A stretch of DNA of 64,000 nt from Candidatus Blackburnbacteria bacterium RIFCSPLOWO2_01_FULL_40_20 (GCA_001816475.1 MHCC01000027.1:11312-75311); one strand, 5' to 3'; shown: positions 40,283 to 50,932, counted from the first letter of the stretch. A program made the numbers and translations. The notes: generated by a model from the letters alone, not told the origin.

Positions 40283-41356
40283 TTAATAGCTATTCATCAG
40301 TTGTATTACTTGCATATTCTCAAATCCTTCAATCGTATGCGGATCTGCAGTCGTTATAATTGTTTGCTGCTTACCCACAATTGAAATTACAACATCTCTG
40401 TGTTTGTGGTCTAATTCTGAAAATATGTCGTCCAATAAAAGCACTGGCCTAACCTTAGTCTTTTCTTCAATAAATGAAAGTTCTGCAAGCTTCAACCAAA
40501 GCACTCCCATCCGCTGTTCTCCCCGTGAACCAAAAATTGCCAAATCTCTTTTGTCACTCGTAGTTTGTCGTTTATCGTATGTCGTAAACTTCATGTCGTC
40601 GCGGTGTGGCCCAACCAATGTTTTTGCAGCTGCTACTTCTTCGTTTGCATATTTCTCAAGACGCATAGGCGAAATTATACTTTTGTCGTATTCTAAAGAA
40701 AAAGATTGGTCATTTAGGGCGGGTGTGTTATTAACAAATTCAATAAATTCTTCCCGTTTTGAAGTCAGATATTCACCATTTTTAATCAACAATTGGTCCC
40801 AAAATAAAAGTTGAGACCTTGATACTTCACTATCTCTTATTCTCTCTAATAGTTTATTTCTTTGCCGCAGTCCTTTTTCGTAAGATAACAAGGACCTTGT
40901 ATATTCGCGATCCGTTTGGACTAAAACACTGTCTAAAAATCTACGACGTAGTGATGGAGACTCTGTAACCAGCTCCATGTCCCATGGTCCAAAAAGTACG
41001 ACTTTTAAAATACCTGCAAAGTTGTAAAGCCGTTTTGCAACTCCGTTTACAAAAAACCTTTTCTTATTTCCACTGGAGTTGTTTTTCACAATCACAATTT
41101 CTAGCGCATCTTTGTCTTTATCTGTATCTGTATCTATAATGCCATTCGCCCTTCCCACTTCTTCTCCCTCTTGGACCATTTCGTCCTCACGTCGTGCTTT
41201 AAAAGACCTGCCTGTTGCTAACAAATTTATCGCCTCAAGGATGTTTGTCTTCCCAACAGCGTTAGACCCCACAATAATCGTCATAAGATTCTCAAAATCC
41301 AACTTCTTTTCTTTGAAGTTTCGAAAGTTCCCTAAATGAAGTGCTGATATTTGCAT
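40283..41356 (-). CDS. recF: DNA replication/repair protein RecF
   Basis: GSNAVGKTNILEAI, GPHRDD, GSRGEQR, LLLDD. Confidence 0.95.
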   Translation of the reverse strand: MQISALHLGNFRNFKEKKLDFENLMTIIVGSNAVGKTNILEAINLLATGRSFKARREDEMVQEGEEVGRANGIIDTDTDKDKDALEIVIVKNNSSGNKKRFFVNGVAKRLYNFAGILKVVLFGPWDMELVTESPSLRRRFLDSVLVQTDREYTRSLLSYEKGLRQRNKLLERIRDSEVSRSQLLFWDQLLIKNGEYLTSKREEFIEFVNNTPALNDQSFSLEYDKSIISPMRLEKYANEEVAAAKTLVGPHRDDMKFTTYDKRQTTSDKRDLAIFGSRGEQRMGVLWLKLAELSFIEEKTKVRPVLLLDDIFSELDHKHRDVVISIVGKQQTIITTADPHTIEGFENMQVIQLMNSY

Positions 41357-42235
41357 TTACTTTTGGCAATTGGGGCAATAATATGTTCCGCGCCCTCCCA
41401 AACGAATTTTTAGAATTATTCCCCCACAATTATTTGGACAAGGTTTGCCTTCGCGGCCGTAAACCAGAAAATGCTCTTGATAGCCACCCCCTTGTCCCAA
41501 GACATTTACAAAGTTCATTTCTGTTGCCCCACCATATTTTAGCCCTTGTTTTAATACTTCAATGATTGATTCATATAACTTAGACTGTTCTCTTAGACTT
41601 AGACTGTTTGCTTTTCTTGTTGGGTCTATCCCCGATAAAAACAACGCGTCATTTGCATAAATATTTCCAACCCCGCCGATTTTTTTCTGATCCATTAATA
41701 AAACTTTGATTTTTTGCAGAGTTCCACTAACAATCCCCCTAAAAACATCAAGGGTCAAGAAGGCTTGCCCTGAGCGAGTGTTAGCGAGTCGAATGGGTTC
41801 AGGTCCTAACTCGTGGATAAAAGGAAAATCTACGACACTTTCGGTAGGCAAAATCCTAATCCAACTAAACTGCCTTATATCGTTGTAATATAAATTTCCT
41901 CCTTTATCTAAATTGAGGATAAGATGCGTGTGTTTGCCTGGCAATGGCCCAGTAAGTTCACTTGATAATATGGATTCTTTTGGCCTATTGGGACCCAAGT
42001 AAATGAACTGTCCTGTTAATTTTATATGAGCAACTAAAGAAAAATTATTGTCTAAATCCAAACTCAACACCTTGCCAAAACGCCTTGCCCCAATTATTTT
42101 TCCACCAGTCAATTTTTCCGTATCGCCTTCTTTAACAATCTTTGGAAGCCGTACATCAACACCAACCACTTCGTGACCTACAATGTACTTCTCCATTCCC
42201 ATTCTTATGGTTTCAACTTCAGGAAGTTCTGGCAT
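41357..42235 (-). CDS. mutM: Formamidopyrimidine-DNA glycosylase
   Basis: MPELPEVET, GVGNIYA, C-terminal Zn finger. Confidence 0.95.
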   Translation of the reverse strand: MPELPEVETIRMGMEKYIVGHEVVGVDVRLPKIVKEGDTEKLTGGKIIGARRFGKVLSLDLDNNFSLVAHIKLTGQFIYLGPNRPKESILSSELTGPLPGKHTHLILNLDKGGNLYYNDIRQFSWIRILPTESVVDFPFIHELGPEPIRLANTRSGQAFLTLDVFRGIVSGTLQKIKVLLMDQKKIGGVGNIYANDALFLSGIDPTRKANSLSLREQSKLYESIIEVLKQGLKYGGATEMNFVNVLGQGGGYQEHFLVYGREGKPCPNNCGGIILKIRLGGRGTYYCPNCQK

Positions 42236-42294
42236 CTTGCAATACTGAAGCACGGAGAATCCACTGAAATCACAGAAAATTACCGTGCCTCAAC

Positions 42295-42663
42295 TTATAA
42301 TATCACTCGTTTTATTTCAAGCTTGCTCTTTCCAAAATTCAAAATTAAACCCAAACGTAAACCAGTGGCCTTCAAATAACCAATTACTTGTTTTTTGTGC
42401 ACATCCATTATTTCCCTCACAGATTTTAACTCTACAATTACTTTTTCTTCCACTTTAAAGTCTACTACTTCGAAACCTACATCTTTACCTTCATATAAGA
42501 CCCTAAAAGTATCTTCTCTTTTGCAATTTAATTCCTGTTTTCTAAATTCCTCCAACAAGGATCTTTGGTAGATCTTTTCAGGGTATCCTGGGCCAAGTTC
42601 TTTATGTACTTTAATTGCAGCGCCAATTATCTTAGCAGTCAACTCGCTGTGCAAATAATCCAT
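42295..42663 (-). CDS. GxxExxY protein
   Basis: LGPGYPEKIY, IVELKS, GLILNFG. Confidence 0.9.
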   Translation of the reverse strand: MDYLHSELTAKIIGAAIKVHKELGPGYPEKIYQRSLLEEFRKQELNCKREDTFRVLYEGKDVGFEVVDFKVEEKVIVELKSVREIMDVHKKQVIGYLKATGLRLGLILNFGKSKLEIKRVIL

Positions 42664-42665
42664 CT

Positions 42666-43829
42666 TCAGTGTTTCTGTGAACTTCCCTGTGATCTCTGTG
42701 AATGCACGCTTTCTACATATTCCTTAATCTCTCTCTTAAATCTTTCCCTTGAAAACTTCTCTCCTTGTTTTTTACAATCCTGCGGCTTAATTTTTGTTTT
42801 GCCTAATTTTTGAATGGCATTATACAACCCCTCGGTCGTGTAGTCATCAAAAAATATTCCAGTTTTTCCTTCTATTACTGTTTCTTTATAACCCCCACCA
42901 TTAAACGCTACAACTGGTGTTCCTGCAAGCATGGCCTCGACTGGAGTTATGCCAAAATCCTCGTCTCGCGACAGGGCTAAAAATGCTTTTGCGCCAAAAT
43001 ACAAATCCTCCAACCTGTCATCGTCAACAAATCCCAAAAACTCTACATTTTTTCCAGCTTTTTGCTTTAAGCTTTCTAAAAGTTTTGAAAACCCAGAAGG
43101 CCCACCGACCACTTTTAATGGAAAACCATATTTGTTTGCAGTTTCTACAGCCAACTCCAACCCCTTACCGCCAACAACCCTGGCCACAGTCAAATAATAT
43201 TCTCGTGATACCCGTGGTGCTTGTGATACCCGTGATACTTCCACCGGGGGATAAATCACCTTCGCATCTCTATTGTAAAATCTCTTAATGCGATTCTTTA
43301 CTTCTTCAGAATTTGCAATAAAATAATCAACTTTTTGAGCAGATTCAAAATCATACTTCCTCATAAAAGGATTAACAACTGAAGAATATATTTTTGTGAG
43401 CCAATTTGGAGTTACTGAAGTATGGTAGCCATAAAGATATCTTGGCGGTGTATGGCAATAGCAAAACTCGACTGGTTTACCAGTCGTCCCTAACGTAGCC
43501 TTGGGCGAAGTGTGACCTCTCTGTCCAAACCCCTTTGTCACATACCAACTTGCTGAAGAAATAACAACATCATAGTCGCGAAAATCAAAACTTCCCCAAA
43601 TAAGTGGAGCCAAAATTCGCAAGGGGCTGTGAAGTTTGGTTGAAAAACCAGGAATATTTTGAACCCAAGAAGGCCTTACATCTTTCCCTTTTAACATTTC
43701 TAGCGTTCGTCCATTTTTGTAAAACGCGGTATAGATTGGCGCGTCCGGCCAAATTTCAGACAAAGCCAAGAGTACTCTTTCTGCACCACCAAACTCACTA
43801 ATGTAATCATGAACCAAAGCAACGCGCAT
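42666..43829 (-). CDS. GT4 glycosyltransferase
   Basis: HDY...GGAE, HTPPRY, EDFGITPVEAM. Confidence 0.9.
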   Translation of the reverse strand: MRVALVHDYISEFGGAERVLLALSEIWPDAPIYTAFYKNGRTLEMLKGKDVRPSWVQNIPGFSTKLHSPLRILAPLIWGSFDFRDYDVVISSASWYVTKGFGQRGHTSPKATLGTTGKPVEFCYCHTPPRYLYGYHTSVTPNWLTKIYSSVVNPFMRKYDFESAQKVDYFIANSEEVKNRIKRFYNRDAKVIYPPVEVSRVSQAPRVSREYYLTVARVVGGKGLELAVETANKYGFPLKVVGGPSGFSKLLESLKQKAGKNVEFLGFVDDDRLEDLYFGAKAFLALSRDEDFGITPVEAMLAGTPVVAFNGGGYKETVIEGKTGIFFDDYTTEGLYNAIQKLGKTKIKPQDCKKQGEKFSRERFKREIKEYVESVHSQRSQGSSQKH

Positions 43830-43831
43830 AA

Positions 43832-44755
43832 TTAAAACAGGCTTGTCTGCCCTCCTTCTTTATCTTTATCTGCATCTGTATCTTTATCAGTTACACCCCG
43901 CACTCTTGCCAACAAACTCTTAAATCCTAATTCTTTAAGTTTATCTATAAATTTTTCATTTGTTTTTAAATCTGCCAATTTTGCTTTTTCCAAATCTAAC
44001 TCCACTGGTACTCTTGCCGAGATTTGTGCTAATTTTTGTGACATTAATGCGCTCTCTTTGCCCTCTTTTAATTTTTTCTTTATGTTCTCCTTTACCCCTT
44101 CAACATTTCTGTACAACTTTTCCAAATTTCCAAACTCTTTTAACAGTTCCACTGCCGTCTTTGGTCCAATCCCGGGCACTCCTGGATAGTTGTCAGATGA
44201 GTCACCAGTTAGAGCTTTGTAATCGACAATCTGTTCAGGCGAAATTCCCAAATACTCCTTAACTTGTTTCTTATCAAATACTCGTCCTTCAGACATTCCT
44301 CGAGTCAACATGTAAACTTTCACCCCATCATCCACCAATTGAAAAATGTCTCGATCGCCAGTAACAATTATTACCTCGGACTTACCTTTGCACTGTCTGG
44401 CTAATGTTGCAATCACGTCATCCGCCTCAAACCCCGGAGCCGTAAAAATTGGAATTCTAGCCGACTCAACCACTTCTTTCACTAGAACTATTTGTCCTTT
44501 TAACCCGTCATCCATGTGGGGCCTGGTTGCTTGGTACGCGATATAAGTTTCGTGTCTGAATGTCGGGATTGGCAGATCAAATGCCACAACCAAATAATCT
44601 GGTTTAAGGTCTTGGTATACCTTTAGAAGCATCAAAACAAAACCGTAAACTGCATTAACTAGTTGGCCATTAGATGAGGTAAGTGGAGGAAGTGCGTGAA
44701 ACGCCCTGTACAATACAGCATGTCCATCTATCAAAACCAGTCTTTTCATCTGCAC
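43832..44755 (-). CDS. Stand-alone 5'-3' exonuclease (PolA N-domain)
   Basis: LIDGH...YRAFHA, EADD, TGDRD, GDSSDNYPGVPGIG. Confidence 0.92.
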   Translation of the reverse strand: MQMKRLVLIDGHAVLYRAFHALPPLTSSNGQLVNAVYGFVLMLLKVYQDLKPDYLVVAFDLPIPTFRHETYIAYQATRPHMDDGLKGQIVLVKEVVESARIPIFTAPGFEADDVIATLARQCKGKSEVIIVTGDRDIFQLVDDGVKVYMLTRGMSEGRVFDKKQVKEYLGISPEQIVDYKALTGDSSDNYPGVPGIGPKTAVELLKEFGNLEKLYRNVEGVKENIKKKLKEGKESALMSQKLAQISARVPVELDLEKAKLADLKTNEKFIDKLKELGFKSLLARVRGVTDKDTDADKDKEGGQTSLF

Positions 44756-44848
44756 CCCCTGTCCACCTGCCCCGTAGCAAGCGAAGCGAGCTTTACGGGG
44801 TCAATTAAAACCAACTTGCTCATGTGGAAATTGTAACATGAAGACTGA

Positions 44849-46750
44849 TTATTCCGCTCTTACCTTCGCGAGAACTTTTTTTAGTCCCACTATTTTTTCA
44901 AATTCGTCCCGATCCAAAGTTTCTTCCTTAATCAACGCCTTCGCAACGTTGTTAAGTTTTGCTCTAGTCTTTTTCAATACCTCCATGGCAGAGCTATAAC
45001 AGCCTTCCATGATTTTACTTATCTCATTGTCAATCTTTTCCTGCATACCTTGACTCACAGGTGTAGACTCTCCAAGTCTTCCTCGCCAAGCCTCGTCGTC
45101 ATTAATAGCCCCCCAATTTACAGGGCCCAACTCACTCATTCCAAAATCAACAACCATGCGACGAGCAAGATGTGTCGCGTTCTCAATATCGTTTGCTGCC
45201 CCTGCGGTCATCTCGTTAAACATAAGGTTTTCTGCTGCTCGTCCACCAAGCATCATCGTTATCATTTCTAAAAGTCTTGTTTTTGTTTCATGGGTGCGAT
45301 CAAACTCCGGAGGAATATAAGTATGCCCCAAGCTCATTCCACGAGCAACAATTGAAATTCTGTGAACTGGGTCCATGTGGGGAAGTATGTGCGCGACAAG
45401 GGCGTGACCAGCCTCGTGGTAGGCTGTAATTTCTTTATCTTCTTTTGATTGAAGCCTACGTTTCGCCGGACCTAGTTTAACTTTTGTCGCTGCTTCTTCA
45501 ACGTCTTCCATGTTTATTTCATCTTTATTGTCTCGTGCTGCCAAAATAGCTGCTTCGTTAAGCATGTTTTCCAAATCCGCACCAGAAAATCCAACCGTAC
45601 GTGAGGCAACCCGATCCCAATCGATTCCCAAAGCAAACTTCTTACCCTTAGCGTGAATTTTTAGGATAGCGACTCGTCCTTCTTTGTCAGGAAGGTCGAG
45701 TGCAACTCGTCTGTCAAACCTACCGGGGCGAAGAAGTGCGGGGTCAAGTAAATCTCCTCTGTTTGTTGCTGCTAAAACAACAACGTTATCGTTTGGAGTA
45801 AATCCGTCCATCTCAACCAAGATTTGGTTAAGTGTTTGTTCACGCTCGTCGTGACCTCCGGCAAGCCCAAATCCACGCTGCCTTCCGATAGCGTCAATTT
45901 CATCAATAAAGATAATTGCAGGGGACGCCTTTTTGGCAGTTGAGAAAAGATCTCGGACGCGTGAGGCACCAACTCCAACCAACATCTCCATAAATTCAGA
46001 TCCTGCCATTGAGAAAAATGGGACTCCAGCTTCGCCCGCTACAGCTCGTGCAAGCAAAGTTTTTCCAACACCTGCCGGACCAACCAACAACACACCCTTT
46101 GGCGTGCGAGCTCCAATCGCTTTATACTTTCCAGGGTTCTTCAAGAAATCGACAACCTCCTCAAGTTCTTTTTTAGCCTCATCAACTCCAGCCACATCTT
46201 TGAAGGTTGTGTTTTGTTTACCTTTAGCAAAAAGCCGGGCTCCGGATTTCCCAAAAGAAAATAAATTATCTTGTGCTCCTCGTGCTTGGCGGAAAATAAA
46301 CAAGAAGAATATTGCCATTAATCCAACTGGAAGAATTATTCCCAAAAGGTCGATTATTGTGCGTGATAACACTCTGTCCTCAACTGAATACTGAACTGCT
46401 GATGGCTCGATATTGGCGTTTTTAAGAAGCTGGGCAAAGCTTTCTGAAGGTTCTTTCGTAGAGTATTTAACTCCACCATCCTTGTATGTCACATCAAGTT
46501 TTTCGCTTGAGACTTTTACGTTCTCAACTTTGTTTTCTTTAATATCATTCAAGACTTGCGACACGGGGACGCTTTCTTGTCCTGGTCGCACACCTAATGA
46601 AAGTAAAAATGGTCCGATAAAAAGAAGCGCCAAAACAAATAGTAGAATATTTTGAAGCTTTATTTGGAACTTAAACTGGAAACCCTTTTTAGGAAGTTTC
46701 CCGTTTGTTCCATTCCCATTTTTTATCTGTTTGTTGTTAGTGTTTGCCAT
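44849..46750 (-). CDS. ftsH: ATP-dependent metalloprotease FtsH
   Basis: [25 protein letters not shown]. Confidence 0.97.
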   Translation of the reverse strand: MANTNNKQIKNGNGTNGKLPKKGFQFKFQIKLQNILLFVLALLFIGPFLLSLGVRPGQESVPVSQVLNDIKENKVENVKVSSEKLDVTYKDGGVKYSTKEPSESFAQLLKNANIEPSAVQYSVEDRVLSRTIIDLLGIILPVGLMAIFFLFIFRQARGAQDNLFSFGKSGARLFAKGKQNTTFKDVAGVDEAKKELEEVVDFLKNPGKYKAIGARTPKGVLLVGPAGVGKTLLARAVAGEAGVPFFSMAGSEFMEMLVGVGASRVRDLFSTAKKASPAIIFIDEIDAIGRQRGFGLAGGHDEREQTLNQILVEMDGFTPNDNVVVLAATNRGDLLDPALLRPGRFDRRVALDLPDKEGRVAILKIHAKGKKFALGIDWDRVASRTVGFSGADLENMLNEAAILAARDNKDEINMEDVEEAATKVKLGPAKRRLQSKEDKEITAYHEAGHALVAHILPHMDPVHRISIVARGMSLGHTYIPPEFDRTHETKTRLLEMITMMLGGRAAENLMFNEMTAGAANDIENATHLARRMVVDFGMSELGPVNWGAINDDEAWRGRLGESTPVSQGMQEKIDNEISKIMEGCYSSAMEVLKKTRAKLNNVAKALIKEETLDRDEFEKIVGLKKVLAKVRAE

Positions 46751-46797
46751 AACCTGAAAAATTTTAAATTTGAAAATTGAAAATTGTAAATTGAAAA

Positions 46798-47118
46798 TTA
46801 CTTGATTGTGTCTCCTTCCATTGCACCTTCTGGTGCTTCAATCGGTTTTTGTGTATCCCCGCAGCCTGCTGCTAATATCATCCCCTGGCTTTCCAAACCC
46901 ATCATTTTCTTGGGTTCAAGATTGTAAACAAAGATATATTTATTATCTTTAAAACCTTCTGGTTTTAGATATTGAGCCAGTCCTGCAAGAACTGTCCTTT
47001 GTTCCTTCCCAAAGTCTACAGAAAGCTTAATAAGCTTTTGGCTACCTTCAACAGAGGCTGCATCAACCACCTTACCAACCCTTAATTCAAGTTTTAAAAA
47101 ATCTTCGTATGTAATCAC
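46798..47118 (-). CDS. tRNA-binding protein (Trbp111/MetRS C-domain)
   Basis: ITYEDFLKLELRVG, NLEPKKMMGLESQGMIL; GTG 47118 preferred. Confidence 0.88.
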   Translation of the reverse strand: MITYEDFLKLELRVGKVVDAASVEGSQKLIKLSVDFGKEQRTVLAGLAQYLKPEGFKDNKYIFVYNLEPKKMMGLESQGMILAAGCGDTQKPIEAPEGAMEGDTIK

Positions 47119-47260
47119 TTTGCCGAATATGAAAAACTTCTCCATCCTACAAACGTGGGGTGAAGGAGAGCTCATTGAGGCTAAATTATAACACTTTTCG
47201 GCCAATAATGGAAGAAGGGTGTATTCACAAGATAGATCAAAAAGCAGCCATTCAAAGACA

Positions 47261-47308
47261 AAAGGGCACGTTCCCAGGCGGAATTCATCCGTCTAAAAAC
47301 GTGCCCCT
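47261..47308 (-). terminator. Intrinsic terminator after the DMT gene
   Basis: gggcacgtt...aacgtgccc followed by TTTT on the minus strand. Confidence 0.65.
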
Positions 47309-47317
47309 ACTCTGTGG

Positions 47318-48346
47318 CTAGGCAAGGCGTGTGTGCATCTTCTGCAGCCTGTAAATACCCCAACACACCATTAGTACGCCAGCTACACGCACTAGCCAAA
47401 CCAACGTATCAGTCGGTACACTTCCAAACAGTCCCGGCCAAACCACTTCACCAGCAAGGGTAATTGGAACAGCCAAGATTGCCTGGACCGAAAACCCAAG
47501 TAAAAAAACGTACGATACCGCAACCCCCAATGTTTTCTTGGCAACCATCCTTAGGCTGATCGCCAGATAGACGAAAAGCATCGTAGCAACTACAAATGCC
47601 ATCGTCTCGACAGTTGTAACCGCCTTATGCGTAACCTCTCCAAGGAGACCTGTTTGCCCTCTTACAACGGCAATCAAAATCACCGTCACAGTTCCTACAC
47701 TGGCCAGCCAAACAAACCTCCAGATAAAGAAGTTCGCCCCATCGCTTGTACGCGCCCCCCGTTGCTCGAGAACCTCGTTAAAGGCGTTCAAGGGATTTGA
47801 GATCAGTATCATCGAGACGACAACAACCATTATCCCTGAGAACGACCCTCCGAACGCAACCAGCCCACACCCAATGACAGAAATTACTGCTGGAATCAAG
47901 AACTCGCGAAACTTCAGCTGCTTTTGCACTACATCATAGATGGCGGTCAGTACGAAGACCATTCCGCCAAAGACCACAAGGACGCTCGGATCAGCTTCTT
48001 GGTTGCCACGCAGGTTTGCAAGCGTGCTTAAGGCTGATATGCCTCCTGTCAGTGCTGCAAAAATGTGCATCCTCTTGTTTCGAAAAATAAACCCTGAGAA
48101 ATCAGGATCTATTAGTCTTCTTCCAAGAAAGAACGAGAACACCACACCGCAGAGAACTCCAACCCATCCCCCAACAATGAGGTATGCAGACGCCGCAGTT
48201 GCCTTATCTTCCGACAGTATGTAGTTGTGCACGACTATGTTGTCCAGTGCTTTATACCCTGCAGTAAAAGCACCCGACAAAACGCAGAGTGCAAAAACCG
48301 ATCGCCATGTCCCACTCTGTTTGAGCGCGATAGAAAAAGTGCTCAC
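47318..48346 (-). CDS. DMT/EamA-like membrane transporter
   Basis: About 10 TM segments; GGAGGAG SD; 9 nt downstream of the second trpS. Confidence 0.65.
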   Translation of the reverse strand: MSTFSIALKQSGTWRSVFALCVLSGAFTAGYKALDNIVVHNYILSEDKATAASAYLIVGGWVGVLCGVVFSFFLGRRLIDPDFSGFIFRNKRMHIFAALTGGISALSTLANLRGNQEADPSVLVVFGGMVFVLTAIYDVVQKQLKFREFLIPAVISVIGCGLVAFGGSFSGIMVVVVSMILISNPLNAFNEVLEQRGARTSDGANFFIWRFVWLASVGTVTVILIAVVRGQTGLLGEVTHKAVTTVETMAFVVATMLFVYLAISLRMVAKKTLGVAVSYVFLLGFSVQAILAVPITLAGEVVWPGLFGSVPTDTLVWLVRVAGVLMVCWGIYRLQKMHTRLA

Positions 48347-48355
48347 GTCTCCTCC

Positions 48356-49378
48356 CTATCCACCGGGATATGACAGATGCATCAACTCACGTACTCTCTC
48401 AACTACCGGCTGACACGCTTTTCTTGCCGCCCACGTTCCTTCCTCAAGAATCCCTCGAACGTCAACGGATTCATATTGGAGACGTCGCTGCCTGATTGGA
48501 TCAAGAAAGTCATTCAAGGCCTTGGCAAGTTTTCTCTTGACCTCTACGTCTCCCACCCTACCTGCTCGATACAGTCTTCCAAGATCTCGGACTTGTGCCT
48601 TGTCTGCGTTGAACGCCCTGTGGTAGATGAACACCGGATTGTTGCGTGTATCGCCTGGTATATCTGCCCTTACCCTCTTCGGGTCGGTGAACATGCGCCT
48701 TACACTTTCTTCAACCGTCTTGCGATCATCAGAAAGGTTAATTGCATTGTTCAAGCTTTTTGACATCTTTGTCATGCCATCGATTCCAACCAACCTGCCC
48801 AACTTCCCGACAAGAGCCGTACACGGCACAAACACCAGTCCGTACTTCTTGTTGAATCGACGAGCAAGAGAATTGGCAAACTCAAGATGTGGAGACTGAT
48901 CGCGTCCGACTGGAACCAACAGCTCGCTTTCTGATCCTGGCTGAGGAGATACCATATAGATATCTGCCGCCTGATCTACCGGGTAAGCCATGAAACCAAC
49001 TGTGGCATCCTGTTGAGTCCGCAACTCCGTCTTGAGTGTAGGATTTCTCAAAACCTCCTTGTACCGAGCAATCATGCTCAAGAGAACAGACAACTCGTGC
49101 CGCTCTGGAACCTGGCTTTGCAACACGAAGTGGACATGTGGCAGGTTAGGGTCAAGCCCCACTGATAACCAGTCAAGAACCACTTCGCGCACGGACTTTG
49201 TCAAAAGTTCCGGGTGATCAGCATGCGTTGTCAGTGCTTGCACATCAGCAAGCAAGAAGAAACACTCATATTCTCCTGTATCTTGAATCTCCTTCCACTG
49301 TTTCAATGCTCCAACGTAGTGCCCCAAATGCAACGAACCGGTTGTCCTCATTCCTGTCAAAACGCGTTTTAGATACAC
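48356..49378 (-). CDS. trpS: Auxiliary tryptophanyl-tRNA synthetase (TrpRS II type)
   Basis: TGMRTTGSLHLGHY, YPVDQAADI, VPVGRDQ, KMSKS; AAGGAG SD before GTG 49378. Confidence 0.92.
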   Translation of the reverse strand: MYLKRVLTGMRTTGSLHLGHYVGALKQWKEIQDTGEYECFFLLADVQALTTHADHPELLTKSVREVVLDWLSVGLDPNLPHVHFVLQSQVPERHELSVLLSMIARYKEVLRNPTLKTELRTQQDATVGFMAYPVDQAADIYMVSPQPGSESELLVPVGRDQSPHLEFANSLARRFNKKYGLVFVPCTALVGKLGRLVGIDGMTKMSKSLNNAINLSDDRKTVEESVRRMFTDPKRVRADIPGDTRNNPVFIYHRAFNADKAQVRDLGRLYRAGRVGDVEVKRKLAKALNDFLDPIRQRRLQYESVDVRGILEEGTWAARKACQPVVERVRELMHLSYPGG

Positions 49379-49384
49379 TTTCTG

Positions 49385-49555
49385 CTCCTTTGGAGTTATT
49401 TGATGTCGACAACCCATTGTCCATCAATTTCTATAGAAAAAGTTTGCACGAGGAATCTGAAGGCCAAGGAGCTATCGACATCAATGTTAATGTGCGATAA
49501 ATCTAGAAGATATTGCTAAAACAGTTCAATATCCTTTAGTTGACTGATTATAACA
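49385..49555 (-). promoter_or_regulatory. Candidate Trp leader (uORF MSIAPWPSDSSCKLFL, 49481-49431) with alternative stems
   Basis: TGnTATAAT at 49555-49547; 16-bp stem versus anti-SD GCTCCTTGG. Confidence 0.45.
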
Positions 49556-49594
49556 ACAGAAAAAACAAATGCAAATAGCAAATTGTAAAGGTCG

Positions 49595-50290
49595 TCAAAT
49601 TTTTCCAACAATGAATACAGAATCTCTTTCTCCAACGTGCTCATCAAAAAAACGATTAATAACTAAGTCAGTTGTGCAAGGTCTGTTCGCACTTAACGGA
49701 CATGGGAAAGAATCTCTTTCGATTAGCAACTCTTCTTCAAAAATTTTTGTAAGTCCTTTTTCTCCTCTTACAGCATTAACTATTTTAATAACCAACGGCG
49801 TCGGCGGTGCCGAAATCGGATAAACTTCTTGACAATAGTTCATGCGCGACTTTGCAACAGCAGGATTTTGTGTTTTGCCAGCAATGAAATCAATTTTTAA
49901 TCCTTTTTTGCAAGCAATGGAGAATGCGGATTCAACTAGTTTTGTCGCTACACCACCCCCTTGATAACTATTTTTTACAGCCATTCCTTCAACATATAAA
50001 ACTCCCACAGATTCAACTTCAAAAAAATTTGTGCTAATAAATGCGAATGGTCGATCTCCTTTTAACAAGAAAACAACAAAATGATTTTGCAGAACGGCCA
50101 AAACACTCTTCCGAAATTCAACAGCATCCTTTCTGCCAAAAGCATCAAGTGCAATCTCAGTTGCCCAAGTTATAAATTTTCGTCGTTCTTCGGACGGCAA
50201 TCCTCTGTGATAAAAAACATCAATAAACGTAGTAGCAGGCAAGGTGGATTCTTTGGAGCCAGTCACAACGCGACTTTCCTTAATATTCAT
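49595..50290 (-). CDS. GNAT-family acyltransferase
   Basis: YVEGMAV..YQGGGVAT acyl-CoA motif A; KTQNP. Confidence 0.7.
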   Translation of the reverse strand: MNIKESRVVTGSKESTLPATTFIDVFYHRGLPSEERRKFITWATEIALDAFGRKDAVEFRKSVLAVLQNHFVVFLLKGDRPFAFISTNFFEVESVGVLYVEGMAVKNSYQGGGVATKLVESAFSIACKKGLKIDFIAGKTQNPAVAKSRMNYCQEVYPISAPPTPLVIKIVNAVRGEKGLTKIFEEELLIERDSFPCPLSANRPCTTDLVINRFFDEHVGERDSVFIVGKI

Positions 50291-50359
50291 AAGCCCTGTG
50301 TTATTAACATATATTCTTTATTGCTGGGTTATTCAATATACAAAAACAAAAAGGAGAGA

Positions 50360-50791
50360 TTAAAGAAGCGACCAAAAGTATTCTTTAAAGGTATTTACCA
50401 ACGGACTGTATGAACTTTGATAAAAATTTCCATCAATTCCAAAAAACAACATCCTGTCGTCAACAATAATCATTCGTTGATATTTCTTGCAATCAACGCA
50501 TAATTTGAAATCATATCCGCCAGTGTTGAATTGATACATTTCTTGAACCTTGCCAAACTCTTCCTCACTTCCGAAACCCAATCGCAAAAGAGCAACCCCT
50601 TGTTTTATTTTTTCAGAAAGTAAACTATGATACGAAGTTGGCAATGGAGAATCAATTTCTTCAGCTAACAACATGGTCGCGATTATATATTTTTGCACAC
50701 TACCTACGTTTTCGGATACTAATCGCACAATTTCTGTTCTTTCAACTTTTTGGATAATTCCTTCAAAATTTTTACTTTCTGCTTCGACCAT
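50360..50791 (-). CDS. Hypothetical protein, TrmB-effector/PLD-like fold
   Basis: RMIIVDD...LVNTFKEYFW pattern. Confidence 0.4.
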   Translation of the reverse strand: MVEAESKNFEGIIQKVERTEIVRLVSENVGSVQKYIIATMLLAEEIDSPLPTSYHSLLSEKIKQGVALLRLGFGSEEEFGKVQEMYQFNTGGYDFKLCVDCKKYQRMIIVDDRMLFFGIDGNFYQSSYSPLVNTFKEYFWSLL

Positions 50792-50932
50792 ATTTTTAAT
50801 TGGTTAAACGAATAACCCACAGGTTTTATGAATTGCTTTTTAAACAATTCCCTGTGGGTGATTTAGTCTGCTAAGCTTCAACAAAGACGCTCGTGTCTCG
50901 TGAAATTTGGCAAACTGTTTAAAGAACTTGAG

